Assembly (NCBI GenBank): GCA_035530755.1
Contig: DATKUF010000036.1
Span: 14,354 to 78,353 of the forward strand
Direction of reading: 5' to 3'
Length of the DNA: 64,000 bases
Origin: Spirochaetia bacterium
GTDB lineage: Bacteria; Spirochaetota; Spirochaetia; DSM-27196; DATKUC01
Shown: positions 51,695 to 60,786 of the stretch, one piece after another
Layout: each line of letters begins with the position of its first letter
Numbering within the stretch: position 1 is the stretch's first letter
Position numbers and translations under genes: made by a program
Notes under the pieces: model-generated
The model's input: only the letters and a program-made list of their open reading frames with translations
What the model was told of the DNA's origin: nothing
The model's database searches: none

Positions 51695-53353
51695 TCACCG
51701 ACCGAACGACGAGGCATAGCGCTCGTCGGCATAACGGGAAAGGGGCCGGCGAAGAAGCAGTGCGCCGACTGCTGCGGCCGCCCCTGCAAGGAGGACAGTG
51801 AACGGTCCTTTCGTTCCGGCGGCGATCGAGACAATGACGATTGCGGCCAAAGCGATCGTCATGAGAAAGACCAGCCCCATGGAAACCAGCACGTTCGTGT
51901 TCTGTTTCATTGCCTGCTGCGGGTGTGTCCAGTCGAGAAGCGGTCGGCGCAGGTCAGTGGCAATCGATATCGCGAAGATCAGATCGAGGACAGGAATCCC
52001 GGCGGCGATAAGGGAGATCGTATTCACCATGCCGAGCCGTAGAAGGATTGCAGCGATGAGTACATTCAATATAAAAGCCGGTCCGAAAAGCAGAAAGAAA
52101 CAGGCTCGCTTGCCGCCGATCTGCTGTCGTCCGGACAGCGGAAGACTGAGGCTCAGGCCGACGCTTTTTCCCTCCCGGGAGATGGCAGTCGCAGACACAG
52201 TGTTGAATCCCGCCATCAAAGTCAACACCCCGAGCACGATCGAAACAGTGAACGGAAAGCCCCGGATCACGGGAACGGCTCCGGAAAGGACTTCCGCAGG
52301 CGTCACCAGAGTGAAAATGACAAGTACGAGAGGCAGGATTACCACTTCCCCGGCGACTTCCACGAGGAAGGTCGAGTTCGACGACAGGATCGTGAGCTCG
52401 CGATAGACAAGCGCCCACATGACCGGACGCCGCCGAAGGATTCCGCCAATCCGAGTAGCCGAACCGCGTGACGCCTTCCGGGCGGCGAACTCACCGCGCG
52501 ACATCATCTGGGAAAGATACCCGTGATTGACAAGGAGTGCGGCAGCCAGAGTCATGACGGCGCCTACCGCTGCGAAGGGCAGAAGCAATGCGGGCGAGCG
52601 GGGCCCAACGGCGCCCCACAGAAGCGGCGGGATCGAACCACCGATGGAAATGAGTCCTGCCGCCAGCGACCGCATTGCTGCCGTCGGTCCAGCGGCGGAA
52701 ACGGAGCTCATCATGCTTCGGGAGGCTGCTACCTGGAAGAAGATGAGCATGAGGATCAGAAGCACCATCCCGGACGTTTCGAGGGCAACACGGTGGCGGC
52801 TGATGTTGATTGCGCGGGTAAGCGCAAGAACTAGCATCACCGACAGCGCGAGCGGCGGAAGGGATCCGGTGAGCATGACCGTCAGCGCGCCGACTATCCC
52901 GGAAAGGGTGATCCCCTGCGCCGCCAGATAGATAATGAATGCCGGGGCAAGGACCAGAACCTGGACCGGGAGTGTGTACGCATAGAGCAGCAGATAATTC
53001 GCCGCCACTATCCGTTTCGGCGGAATCGGAAGCGACAGCAGCAGTTTTGTATCGTGCGAGAAGTAGAGAAGCGAGATTGCGATTGGAAAGCTCACTACCA
53101 GAGTCAACGCCCAATCGGTGAAGATAGCCGCCAAAAGCGAGAGCTCCGGCCGCCCGACGGCCACGCCGAGCCGGTAGAGCGCTACGGAGTTCTGGATGAG
53201 GAAGAGCAGACCGAATGCTCCCAGAGCGCCGAACCCGATGACCGCCAGAGGCAGTATCCACACCTGTCCTCCGATTCGCAGCCGCTCCAGCCGGCCGCGC
53301 GACAGCCAGGTTGTTGCTTCGACCTTGATCCTAAGGAGCGAGAGCGTCTTCAT
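51695..53353 (-). CDS. Polytopic membrane protein, putative ABC exporter permease
   Basis: 552 aa with 12 or more hydrophobic helices. Its start overlaps the upstream ABC ATPase gene by 23 nt. I recognise no catalytic motif; the assignment rests on operon context. Confidence 0.55.
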   Translation of the reverse strand: MKTLSLLRIKVEATTWLSRGRLERLRIGGQVWILPLAVIGFGALGAFGLLFLIQNSVALYRLGVAVGRPELSLLAAIFTDWALTLVVSFPIAISLLYFSHDTKLLLSLPIPPKRIVAANYLLLYAYTLPVQVLVLAPAFIIYLAAQGITLSGIVGALTVMLTGSLPPLALSVMLVLALTRAINISRHRVALETSGMVLLILMLIFFQVAASRSMMSSVSAAGPTAAMRSLAAGLISIGGSIPPLLWGAVGPRSPALLLPFAAVGAVMTLAAALLVNHGYLSQMMSRGEFAARKASRGSATRIGGILRRRPVMWALVYRELTILSSNSTFLVEVAGEVVILPLVLVIFTLVTPAEVLSGAVPVIRGFPFTVSIVLGVLTLMAGFNTVSATAISREGKSVGLSLSLPLSGRQQIGGKRACFFLLFGPAFILNVLIAAILLRLGMVNTISLIAAGIPVLDLIFAISIATDLRRPLLDWTHPQQAMKQNTNVLVSMGLVFLMTIALAAIVIVSIAAGTKGPFTVLLAGAAAAVGALLLRRPLSRYADERYASSFGR

Positions 53354-54071
53354 CGGTCAGCTCCAGAAAAAGTTTTTCGAGAGTGGCATCGGCTTCACCC
53401 GCGGTTCGCCGCAGCTCGGCGAGCGGACCGGCGGCGATCATCCGTCCGCCGCGAATTATGCCGACCCGGTCGCAAAGCCGTTCCGCGACCTCCATGACGT
53501 GGGTCGAGAAGAAGACCGTTCCTCCGCGGCTGCACAGCTCGCGCATCTTTTCCTTCAAGACGAACGACGCGCGTGGGTCGAGGCCTACTATCGGCTCATC
53601 GAGTATGAATACCTCCGGACGATGAAGCAGTGCCGCAATTATGGACAGTTTCTGCCGCATTCCGTGAGAATAGGCGCTGATTCGTTCGTCGAGCTGACCC
53701 TTCAGCTCAAACTGTTCCGCCAGTTCTGCGATTATGCTTCGCTTGTCGGTCGGCACTTCGTAGACGTCCGCAATGAAACCCAAGAATCGGCCTCCCGTCA
53801 GATTATCGTACAGCATTGGCTCATCGGGAACGTAGCCGATACGGCGTTTGAGTTCCAGCGGACTGCTCAGGCAGTCGATGCCGTCCACCTCGGCTCTGCC
53901 GCTATCGGGTCGAAGAAGGCCGACGAGGATCTTGATAGTCGTGGTCTTGCCCGCGCCGTTCGGTCCGAGAAACCCAAACAATTCACCACGTTCGACGCTG
54001 AACGTCAGATCATTCAGCGCATTCGGTCCGTTTTTGCCGTACCGTTTAGACAGATGTTCGAGTCGGATCAT
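53331..54071 (-). CDS. ABC transporter ATP-binding protein (ABC-2/DrrA-like)
   Basis: Walker A GPNGAGKTTTIK, signature YSHGMRQKLSIIAALL, Walker B FILDEPIVGLD, H-loop FFSTHVMEVAE. Confidence 0.9.
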   Translation of the reverse strand: MIRLEHLSKRYGKNGPNALNDLTFSVERGELFGFLGPNGAGKTTTIKILVGLLRPDSGRAEVDGIDCLSSPLELKRRIGYVPDEPMLYDNLTGGRFLGFIADVYEVPTDKRSIIAELAEQFELKGQLDERISAYSHGMRQKLSIIAALLHRPEVFILDEPIVGLDPRASFVLKEKMRELCSRGGTVFFSTHVMEVAERLCDRVGIIRGGRMIAAGPLAELRRTAGEADATLEKLFLELTDEDALAP

Positions 54072-54269
54072 TGTTGGCTCCCCGCGAGGGCCACATTATC
54101 GCCTGTTGGGCGATCGAGTGCAACAATTCCGGTGTCGGCCCCGAAGAAAAACATTGACAGACGCAGGGATTCAACGTAGAATTATTTCGTGACGTGAATT
54201 AATTCCATAAGAAATGGGTAGTATGTCTATTTATATAAGAAATTTATATCAATACGAAAGGGGAAATTA

Positions 54270-55457
54270 TTGAGGACTTCGCAGCCGAAGGATCGCCGAT
54301 CCCGACCGAGTCAAACGGCTGACCTCAAGTCGAACAACAGATCCCTCATCCTGCAGTCGCTCTTCAAGCATCCCTTGCGTTCGCGACACGACCTTATCGC
54401 GGAGACCCAGCTTGCACCCTCGACAATCTCCAGCATCACGGCCGAGCTGCTCGACCAGGGATTGATCCGACGCGCCGGAGACGTCGGACACAGCGGAGCC
54501 GGAAGGCGCTCACAGATCCTTGCGCGGAACCCCGCCGCGGGCTACGCCGCGGCGGTGCACGTCACACCTGAGAGGTGCCGGATCGGAGTGGTTGATTTTG
54601 GTTACAACGTGCTCGAAACTCAGGAGCTCATTTTCGACCGTGGATTTCAGGAACACTATACCTCCGACGTTGTTTCTGCGCTTCTGAAACTTGTCGCCCG
54701 GCTCCGGGCCGGAGCAAGGCTTGTTGCCGTTGCGCTCGCTCTGCCGAATCATCCCTACAACGTCGCTGCGATACACGACCAGTTCCAGCAGGCGTTCAAG
54801 ACCGTTCCGGTCCACCGTATCAACAATACCGAGGCAATGGCGGTGCACGAGTTCTACCGGAGGCTCGGTCAGGAACTTCACACCGCTGTCTACGTCTATG
54901 TCGGCACCGGAATCGGCTCGGGGCTCATTATCAATGGGAACCTCTATCGCGGTGTGCATGGCGACGCGTGCGACTTCGGTCACATGTACATGACCGACCG
55001 GCCGCTGCTCTGTCGATGCGGCCGAGAGGGTTGTCTGGAGACTGTCGCATCCGAGCAGGCGGTCTCCTCGGCGCTTGCCGGCCATTTCCGTCTTGCCCGT
55101 CCGCCGGTCCGCGAAGAGCTCATCGAGTTTCTGATCGCCCGGCTTACCGCGCATGACCCCTTCTGCACGAGTCTCATTCGTGAGGCAGCCGACTACCTGG
55201 GCAAAGGGCTCTTCAATCTGGTGTCAATCACCGACCCCGAACGCGTGATTGTCGCCGGTCGACTGACAACCCTCGGCCCGCTCTACTGGACCATGGTCCA
55301 GGAATCCTACATGAAGCGCGTGAGAAGCTATTCGCCGCAGACCGTGCCTCTGGAGTTCGTGACTGTCCGCGACGATTCGGCCCTTATCGGAGGCGCAATG
55401 TTCTCGTTCATTACTCTCTACTGCGGGGTGGTTCAACCGGTCGCTGCGGCGGCCTGA
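54270..55457 (+). CDS. ROK family transcriptional regulator (NagC/XylR-like)
   Basis: N-terminal winged HTH: NNRSLILQSLFKHPLRSRHDLIAETQLAPSTISSITAELLDQGLI. ROK domain: VGTGIGSGLIING, GHMYM, CRCGREGCLETVAS. TTG start after an AAAGGGGAAA Shine-Dalgarno region. Confidence 0.85.
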   Translation: MRTSQPKDRRSRPSQTADLKSNNRSLILQSLFKHPLRSRHDLIAETQLAPSTISSITAELLDQGLIRRAGDVGHSGAGRRSQILARNPAAGYAAAVHVTPERCRIGVVDFGYNVLETQELIFDRGFQEHYTSDVVSALLKLVARLRAGARLVAVALALPNHPYNVAAIHDQFQQAFKTVPVHRINNTEAMAVHEFYRRLGQELHTAVYVYVGTGIGSGLIINGNLYRGVHGDACDFGHMYMTDRPLLCRCGREGCLETVASEQAVSSALAGHFRLARPPVREELIEFLIARLTAHDPFCTSLIREAADYLGKGLFNLVSITDPERVIVAGRLTTLGPLYWTMVQESYMKRVRSYSPQTVPLEFVTVRDDSALIGGAMFSFITLYCGVVQPVAAAA

Positions 55458-55483
55458 AGAAAACGGTCGGAAAGGAGGCGTCT

Positions 55484-56779
55484 ATGTCCAGATCGGGAAA
55501 ATGGGTTGCATTCGCAATCTTCGCATTTGCTGCGGTCTCGGTTGCGATGGCGGGAGGCAAACAGGAGCCTGCCATGCAAAAGCCGGTATCAATTCAATTT
55601 GCTATTTCTCCTCGGGAGGTCGGAAAGGTAATACCCGATTACATTTCCGGATTCGAGAAAGAAAATCCAAACATCAAGGTCGACTGGCTGCAGGTTCCCG
55701 GCGTACCCGACGAGCAGCACACGCTCTACGTCACCAATATGGCGTCTCAGGCGGATAAGCCCGATGTGCTCGCGGTCGATGTGATCTGGCCCGGCGAGTT
55801 CATCGCGAACGGATGGGCGGCGCCGATCAACGATTCCTTCTCCTCGTCTGAGCTCAGCCAGTACCTGCCGGGAATGATGAACTCGGTAACTGTGGACGGT
55901 AAAGCCTACGGTGTGCCGCTCTACACCAACGCCATTCACCTTTTTTACCGGAAGGATCTCCTGGACAAATACGGACTGAGCGTACCAAAAACCTGGGAGG
56001 AACTGGCGTCTACCGCAAAAGAGATTGTACAAAAAGAGAACAATCCTGACCTCGTGGGTTACATCAGCATGTGGGCGCAAATCGAAGGATTGTTCATGAA
56101 CTACCTTCAATTCTTCTGGGGAGCGGGCGGCCACTTCTTCGACAACGCAGGCAAAGCCTCGATCGACACGCCGGCCGGCGTCAAGGCGCTCAAGACGATG
56201 GTCGGATTCGTGAAGGACGGACTTGCCCCGCAGAGCATCATCACCTACAAACCCAACGACGCGATGGCGCTGTTCCGGCAGGGCAGGGCAGTATTCATGG
56301 TCGTCCAGGATTTTGTTTGGCCGATGCTGAACGCCGCCGACTCGCCGGTCAACGGAAAAGTTGGAATGACACGCGTACCCTATTTCGCCGGACACCCGGA
56401 TGCAAGCACTGTTTGCATGGGGGGCTGGATTCTCATCGTGAATCCCTACTCCACTCACAAGGCCGAGGCGGCCAGGTTCATAAAATACATAACCTCCGAG
56501 AAGGCCGGTCTCGAGATGGCTGTCCAGACAGGCAGTATGCCTGCCCGCAACGGAATGGACGCCAACGCCCAGCTGCTCCAGCAGTATCCGATAGCCAAGC
56601 AACTTTACGCCGATTTCGCGGTCGGTGACGTTCGGCCGTCGGCTCAGGCCGGGGCCAGGTATCCGGAGCTCTCGCATGAGATGCAGCTGGAGATCCACTC
56701 CGCGCTTGCCGGGGAGAAGACCCCGGAGCAGGCTCTGGCAGACGCCCAGAAGAACGTGACGAAAATTCTGGGAAAGTAG
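55484..56779 (+). CDS. Extracellular solute-binding protein family 1 (CUT1 sugar ABC)
   Basis: Signal KWVAFAIFAFAAVSVAMAGG. Typical SBP_bac_1 blocks: PDVLAVDVIWPGEF, VDGKAYGVPLYTNAIHLFYRKD, GGWILIVNPYS. Confidence 0.85.
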   Translation: MSRSGKWVAFAIFAFAAVSVAMAGGKQEPAMQKPVSIQFAISPREVGKVIPDYISGFEKENPNIKVDWLQVPGVPDEQHTLYVTNMASQADKPDVLAVDVIWPGEFIANGWAAPINDSFSSSELSQYLPGMMNSVTVDGKAYGVPLYTNAIHLFYRKDLLDKYGLSVPKTWEELASTAKEIVQKENNPDLVGYISMWAQIEGLFMNYLQFFWGAGGHFFDNAGKASIDTPAGVKALKTMVGFVKDGLAPQSIITYKPNDAMALFRQGRAVFMVVQDFVWPMLNAADSPVNGKVGMTRVPYFAGHPDASTVCMGGWILIVNPYSTHKAEAARFIKYITSEKAGLEMAVQTGSMPARNGMDANAQLLQQYPIAKQLYADFAVGDVRPSAQAGARYPELSHEMQLEIHSALAGEKTPEQALADAQKNVTKILGK

Positions 56780-56864
56780 ACTCGAAGGATAGGACTCGGT
56801 GTGACATCGGGGCGTGCCGGCAAAGCGTCCGGGCGCCCCTTCCGCCGATCTCAAGTGAGCGGTT

Positions 56865-57749
56865 ATGGTCCAAAGAAAGCTGAACGACTCTACCTACGGC
56901 CTGCTCCTCGTTGCGCCGGTGTTCATAATCGTAGTCGGGATCCTCTTTCTCCCGACTCTCTACACCATCGGGTTAAGCCTTTCTAATTTTTCGTTCCTGA
57001 AAGGGCACACACTCCGTTTTGTAGGATTCACCAATTTCGTTTCGATATTTTCCGATTCCGAGTTCGTTTCGTCCCTCGCCAACACCGTAGTGTTTACCGT
57101 GGTAACGGTCTTTCTAGAGCTTTCAATAGGGCTGGTACTCGCGTTGATCCTGAACCGAAGCTTTGCTTTCATGGGGCTCCTGCGAACCACAATTCTATTC
57201 CCGTGGGCGCTTCCCACAGCGCTGAACGCGATCATCTGGAGATGGTTGTTCAATCCGGATTTCGGATTCTTCAATACTATTCTTATCCAGCTGGGTCTCA
57301 CGAGCGTGAAGACCAACTGGCTCGGCGAGATTCCCCTCAGTATGTACAGCATGATGACCGTTGCTATCTGGAAAACGAGCTCGTTCATGGCGCTGATTCT
57401 CCTTACGGGCCTCCAGACTATACCGGGGGACCTGTATGAAGCCGCGGAGATCGACGGTGCAGGATGGTTCTCGCGATTGCGGAAGATCACCCTGCCCCTG
57501 TTGGTCCCTTCGATTCTTCTTGCGCTGCTATTCCGCTCGATGGACGCGTTTCGAGCCTTTGAGCTGCCGTTTGCGCTGACCGAAGGCGGGCCTGCCGGTT
57601 CGACGCAGACGCTCAGCCTCTTCGGCTACCGGCAGTTCTTCCAGTTCCTGAAATTCGACACGGGTTCCGCGGTGTCGGTGGTACAGTTTGTTCTTATCCT
57701 GCTTCTTGGAACCTTCTATCTTCGAATATTCCGCACGGAGAACGAATGA
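56865..57749 (+). CDS. Sugar ABC permease (MalF/BPD_transp_1 type)
   Basis: Six TM helices and an EAA loop (YEAAEIDGAGWFSRLRKITLPLLVP). Confidence 0.9.
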   Translation: MVQRKLNDSTYGLLLVAPVFIIVVGILFLPTLYTIGLSLSNFSFLKGHTLRFVGFTNFVSIFSDSEFVSSLANTVVFTVVTVFLELSIGLVLALILNRSFAFMGLLRTTILFPWALPTALNAIIWRWLFNPDFGFFNTILIQLGLTSVKTNWLGEIPLSMYSMMTVAIWKTSSFMALILLTGLQTIPGDLYEAAEIDGAGWFSRLRKITLPLLVPSILLALLFRSMDAFRAFELPFALTEGGPAGSTQTLSLFGYRQFFQFLKFDTGSAVSVVQFVLILLLGTFYLRIFRTENE

Positions 57750-58588
57750 TGCAGGCAAATCTTTTCGGACGCGTGATCAGTCTCATTGCTAAGTATCTGT
57801 TCGTTCTATTCTTAGTCGTTCTGTTCTTCTTTCCCGTCGCCTGGATCCTGTTGACGTCGATCAAGACGACAGGCGACATCTACGCGTGGCCGCCGGTCTA
57901 CATACCGGCTCATCCAACGCTGCAGAACTACCACACGGTGCTGTTCGGATCAAAATTGGGGCGCTACATCCTGAACTCGGTGATTGTGTCCTCGTTGTCG
58001 ACGCTATCCGTGCTCTTTTTCGCGTCCCTCGCCGGGTACAGCATCGCGCGGATACGTTTCCGAGGCCGCCATCTGCTTCTGATGTTTTTCCTTTCGATGT
58101 CGATGTTTCCGCAGCTGGCAATCGTTCCCTCACTTTTTATCTGGTTTCGTCAAATCGGGCTCATCAACAGTTTCATGGGAATCGTTCTTGCCTATACCGG
58201 TCTGTTCTCACCGCTCGCCCTGTGGATTCTCGCGACCTATTTTCGGACTATTCCCCTTGAAATTGAAGAATCCGCCAAACTCGACGGTTGCAGCCGCCTA
58301 CGGATTCTCTGGTCGATCCTCATGCCCCTTTCGATCCCCGGTGTAATTGCGGCCTCGCTGATTGTGTTCATCCAGACCTGGAATGAGTTCTTCCTCGCGC
58401 TTGTCATTCTTTCGAAGAATCTGCTGCGGACGGCAACAGTCGGAATTGCGCTCTACCCGGGGGAGTACGCATTCCCCTGGGAGCTCATTACGACCGCGAC
58501 CTTTCTCGCCATCGTGCCGATCTTCGCACTTACCGCGGTTTTCCAGAAACAGATCATTGGCGGTCTGACCGCAGGCTCGTTGAAGTGA
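57746..58588 (+). CDS. Sugar ABC permease (MalG type)
   Basis: EAA loop EESAKLDGCSRLRILWSILMPLSIP. The ATG overlaps the upstream stop (ATGA). Confidence 0.9.
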   Translation: MMQANLFGRVISLIAKYLFVLFLVVLFFFPVAWILLTSIKTTGDIYAWPPVYIPAHPTLQNYHTVLFGSKLGRYILNSVIVSSLSTLSVLFFASLAGYSIARIRFRGRHLLLMFFLSMSMFPQLAIVPSLFIWFRQIGLINSFMGIVLAYTGLFSPLALWILATYFRTIPLEIEESAKLDGCSRLRILWSILMPLSIPGVIAASLIVFIQTWNEFFLALVILSKNLLRTATVGIALYPGEYAFPWELITTATFLAIVPIFALTAVFQKQIIGGLTAGSLK

Positions 58589-58635
58589 ATGTGCGGCAGA
58601 ATCCGATCCAAATCAGGCAAAGGAGTCTGTGAATC

Positions 58636-59748
58636 ATGAATACTCTCTCTCAGCATGCCCGGGAGAAGCTGTCGGCTTTCGCGAGAGCTCTTGTCGATCA
58701 GAGTGCGGCGAAAGTCATCGTCCCCCCGCAGGAGTCCCGTGAAGGATTCTGGTTCGGAGCCGGAAACCTCTCCATCGGTCCGGATGGCGCGATGTACCTC
58801 ATCGGAAGATACAGGAACTTTGGTGACTCCCGGACCGGACTCGGCGCAGGAACACGCGGCCTCGAGCTCGCGATCTTCCGATCGACCGACCGTGGGAAGA
58901 GCTTCACAAAGATCGTGAGTTTTTCGAAATCCGGCTTGAACAACGGAAAGCGGGAAGTTGTATCGATAGAGGGGGCGAAACTCCTGTTCGGTGATGGCGG
59001 AGTAGAGCTTTTTGTCTCGACCGAAAAGAGGGGAATTGCCTATCCGGCCGGGCTCGAAGCTTTTCTGAAACCCGGAACCGGCGTGTGGACAATCGACCAC
59101 GCCCGCGCCGACTCAGTTGAGGGGCTCGCCGACGCGGCGATTGATCCGCTCATCGAGTGCAGCGATCCCCGGTGGCTTCACGTAAAGGATCCGGCAATTC
59201 ACCGAAGCCCGGGCGGCGAGACGGTGCTCTACTTCTGTACGCATCCGTTCAACTGGTCGAGCGCCAACACCGGAATGGCAGTGCGCCCGGCAGGCAGCGA
59301 CAGTTTCGGCGAGCCTGACTTCGAGCGGTTCCCCCGCGGATTCACCTGGGATGTTGCGGCAAGCAGGGTGACCGGCATGGTTCCGGTTCCGCCGGTCGGT
59401 GCGTTCGCAGACCGGCGACAAATCTTCATACTCTTTTACGACGGAGCGGAGTCTCTTCGGAAATACGATGAACATCCGTCCGCAGTCAGCCGGCCGAGAG
59501 GATACTCATGCGAGGAGCTCGGTGGCGCTGCGTTCAGCGACGAAGGACTCATCGGCCCGATCGAACGGCTCTCGCAGACACTCCCGTACTTCGTGAGTCC
59601 GCATGGAACGGGCTGCAGCCGGTATGTCGATGTGCTCGAGACCGAAGAGGGTTACTACGCGAGCTGGCAGCAGTCGCAGCCTGACCGCTCGCAGCCGCTT
59701 GTCCTCAACTTCGTCCCGCGAGCGGACGTGGAACGCATTCTTCGATAG
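58636..59748 (+). CDS. Hypothetical protein with a BNR/Asp-box-like motif; possible beta-propeller glycosidase of the sugar operon
   Basis: There is no signal peptide. RSTDRGKSF fits the Asp-box pattern S-x-D-x-G-x-[ST]-[WF]. The rest is beta-rich, and it is the last gene of the ROK-regulated CUT1 operon. Family not recognised by eye. Confidence 0.4.
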   Translation: MNTLSQHAREKLSAFARALVDQSAAKVIVPPQESREGFWFGAGNLSIGPDGAMYLIGRYRNFGDSRTGLGAGTRGLELAIFRSTDRGKSFTKIVSFSKSGLNNGKREVVSIEGAKLLFGDGGVELFVSTEKRGIAYPAGLEAFLKPGTGVWTIDHARADSVEGLADAAIDPLIECSDPRWLHVKDPAIHRSPGGETVLYFCTHPFNWSSANTGMAVRPAGSDSFGEPDFERFPRGFTWDVAASRVTGMVPVPPVGAFADRRQIFILFYDGAESLRKYDEHPSAVSRPRGYSCEELGGAAFSDEGLIGPIERLSQTLPYFVSPHGTGCSRYVDVLETEEGYYASWQQSQPDRSQPLVLNFVPRADVERILR

Positions 59749-59758
59749 GGCCTCGCGG

Positions 59759-60784
59759 CTATGGCTGTTGCGCCAGCGGGTTCACGATGCTTTCCGCCGC
59801 ATAGACGGACGGAATCAGACCCATTGCCGTCATCGTTCTGATCGACTCCTGATAGCGGGCAGTGTCAATGTACCCGTAGCCTTTGGGCGAATTCCAGAGG
59901 TCCGCCGTCGTGCGCAGAGCGCTGGTGAGAAAGGGTCTCTGGCTCTCGTTGGCGCCGTTGATGTATTTCATCGCTATTGTGACCGATTCGTCTATATGGC
60001 CTGCAGTGTATTCCATCGCCCTTTTCGTCGCCTCGAAAAAACGTTCGAGGACATCGGCGCGGTTTTTGAGATCCGCCTTGGAGCTGATAAACGACGAGCT
60101 CACGAGGTTCGAGAAATTCATGACGTCCCATGCGTTGATGGGCACATTCATCTGCCGGAGCTTCACCGGCTCGTTCGTCACGAAAACGACGGCGCCCGCA
60201 ATTTTGTCGCTGAGCAGAGCCGGAATCTGCGTATAACCGATCTTTTCGACTTTGACTTTGTCCTTGAGATTGTAGTGTTCGAGGAAGAGCTGAAGCCCGA
60301 TATAGCTCGTGCCGAACAGCTCGGGAACTCCAATGGTTTTTCCGGCAAAATCCGCCGGAGTGTCCACCACGCCTTTCCTGGCTACAATTGTCACCGGATA
60401 TCGCTCGTAGTACTGAAAGGCCGCGGCGAGCGCAAGTCCCTTCGATCCGGCGATTATGAGCTGATCCGAGTCGGCAAGCCCGACATCGATCTTCCCTGCA
60501 AGAAGCAGCGAGTAGATGTCCATGCCGAATCCGTACTCAATCTTCAGATCAACGCCAGCGTCCCGGTAGTAGCCCTTTTCAATTCCGACGTACAACGGCG
60601 TAAACTGGATATTGGGGATGTAGGCGATTGCAAGCTTTACCGGATCGAGCTGCTGCGCGTGCGCCAGCGGTAAGGCTGCCGTCATGAGTAGAAGCACAAG
60701 TCCGGTCATTCGCGACGCACCGCCGCGCGGCCGCGTGATCCACTTAATGAATGCCGTGAAGGTCTCCCGCATCTGTTCTCTCAT
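59759..60784 (-). CDS. ABC substrate-binding protein, NMT1/THI5-like (ThiY/RibY-like)
   Basis: Start moved to ATG 60784, 2 nt after the stop of the upstream gene. Signal MTGLVLLLMTAALPLAHA. Blocks: LKIEYGFGMDIYSLLLAGKIDVGLADSDQLIIAGSKG and GKTIGVPELFGTSYIGLQLFL. Confidence 0.8.
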   Translation of the reverse strand: MREQMRETFTAFIKWITRPRGGASRMTGLVLLLMTAALPLAHAQQLDPVKLAIAYIPNIQFTPLYVGIEKGYYRDAGVDLKIEYGFGMDIYSLLLAGKIDVGLADSDQLIIAGSKGLALAAAFQYYERYPVTIVARKGVVDTPADFAGKTIGVPELFGTSYIGLQLFLEHYNLKDKVKVEKIGYTQIPALLSDKIAGAVVFVTNEPVKLRQMNVPINAWDVMNFSNLVSSSFISSKADLKNRADVLERFFEATKRAMEYTAGHIDESVTIAMKYINGANESQRPFLTSALRTTADLWNSPKGYGYIDTARYQESIRTMTAMGLIPSVYAAESIVNPLAQQP

Positions 60785-60786
60785 AT

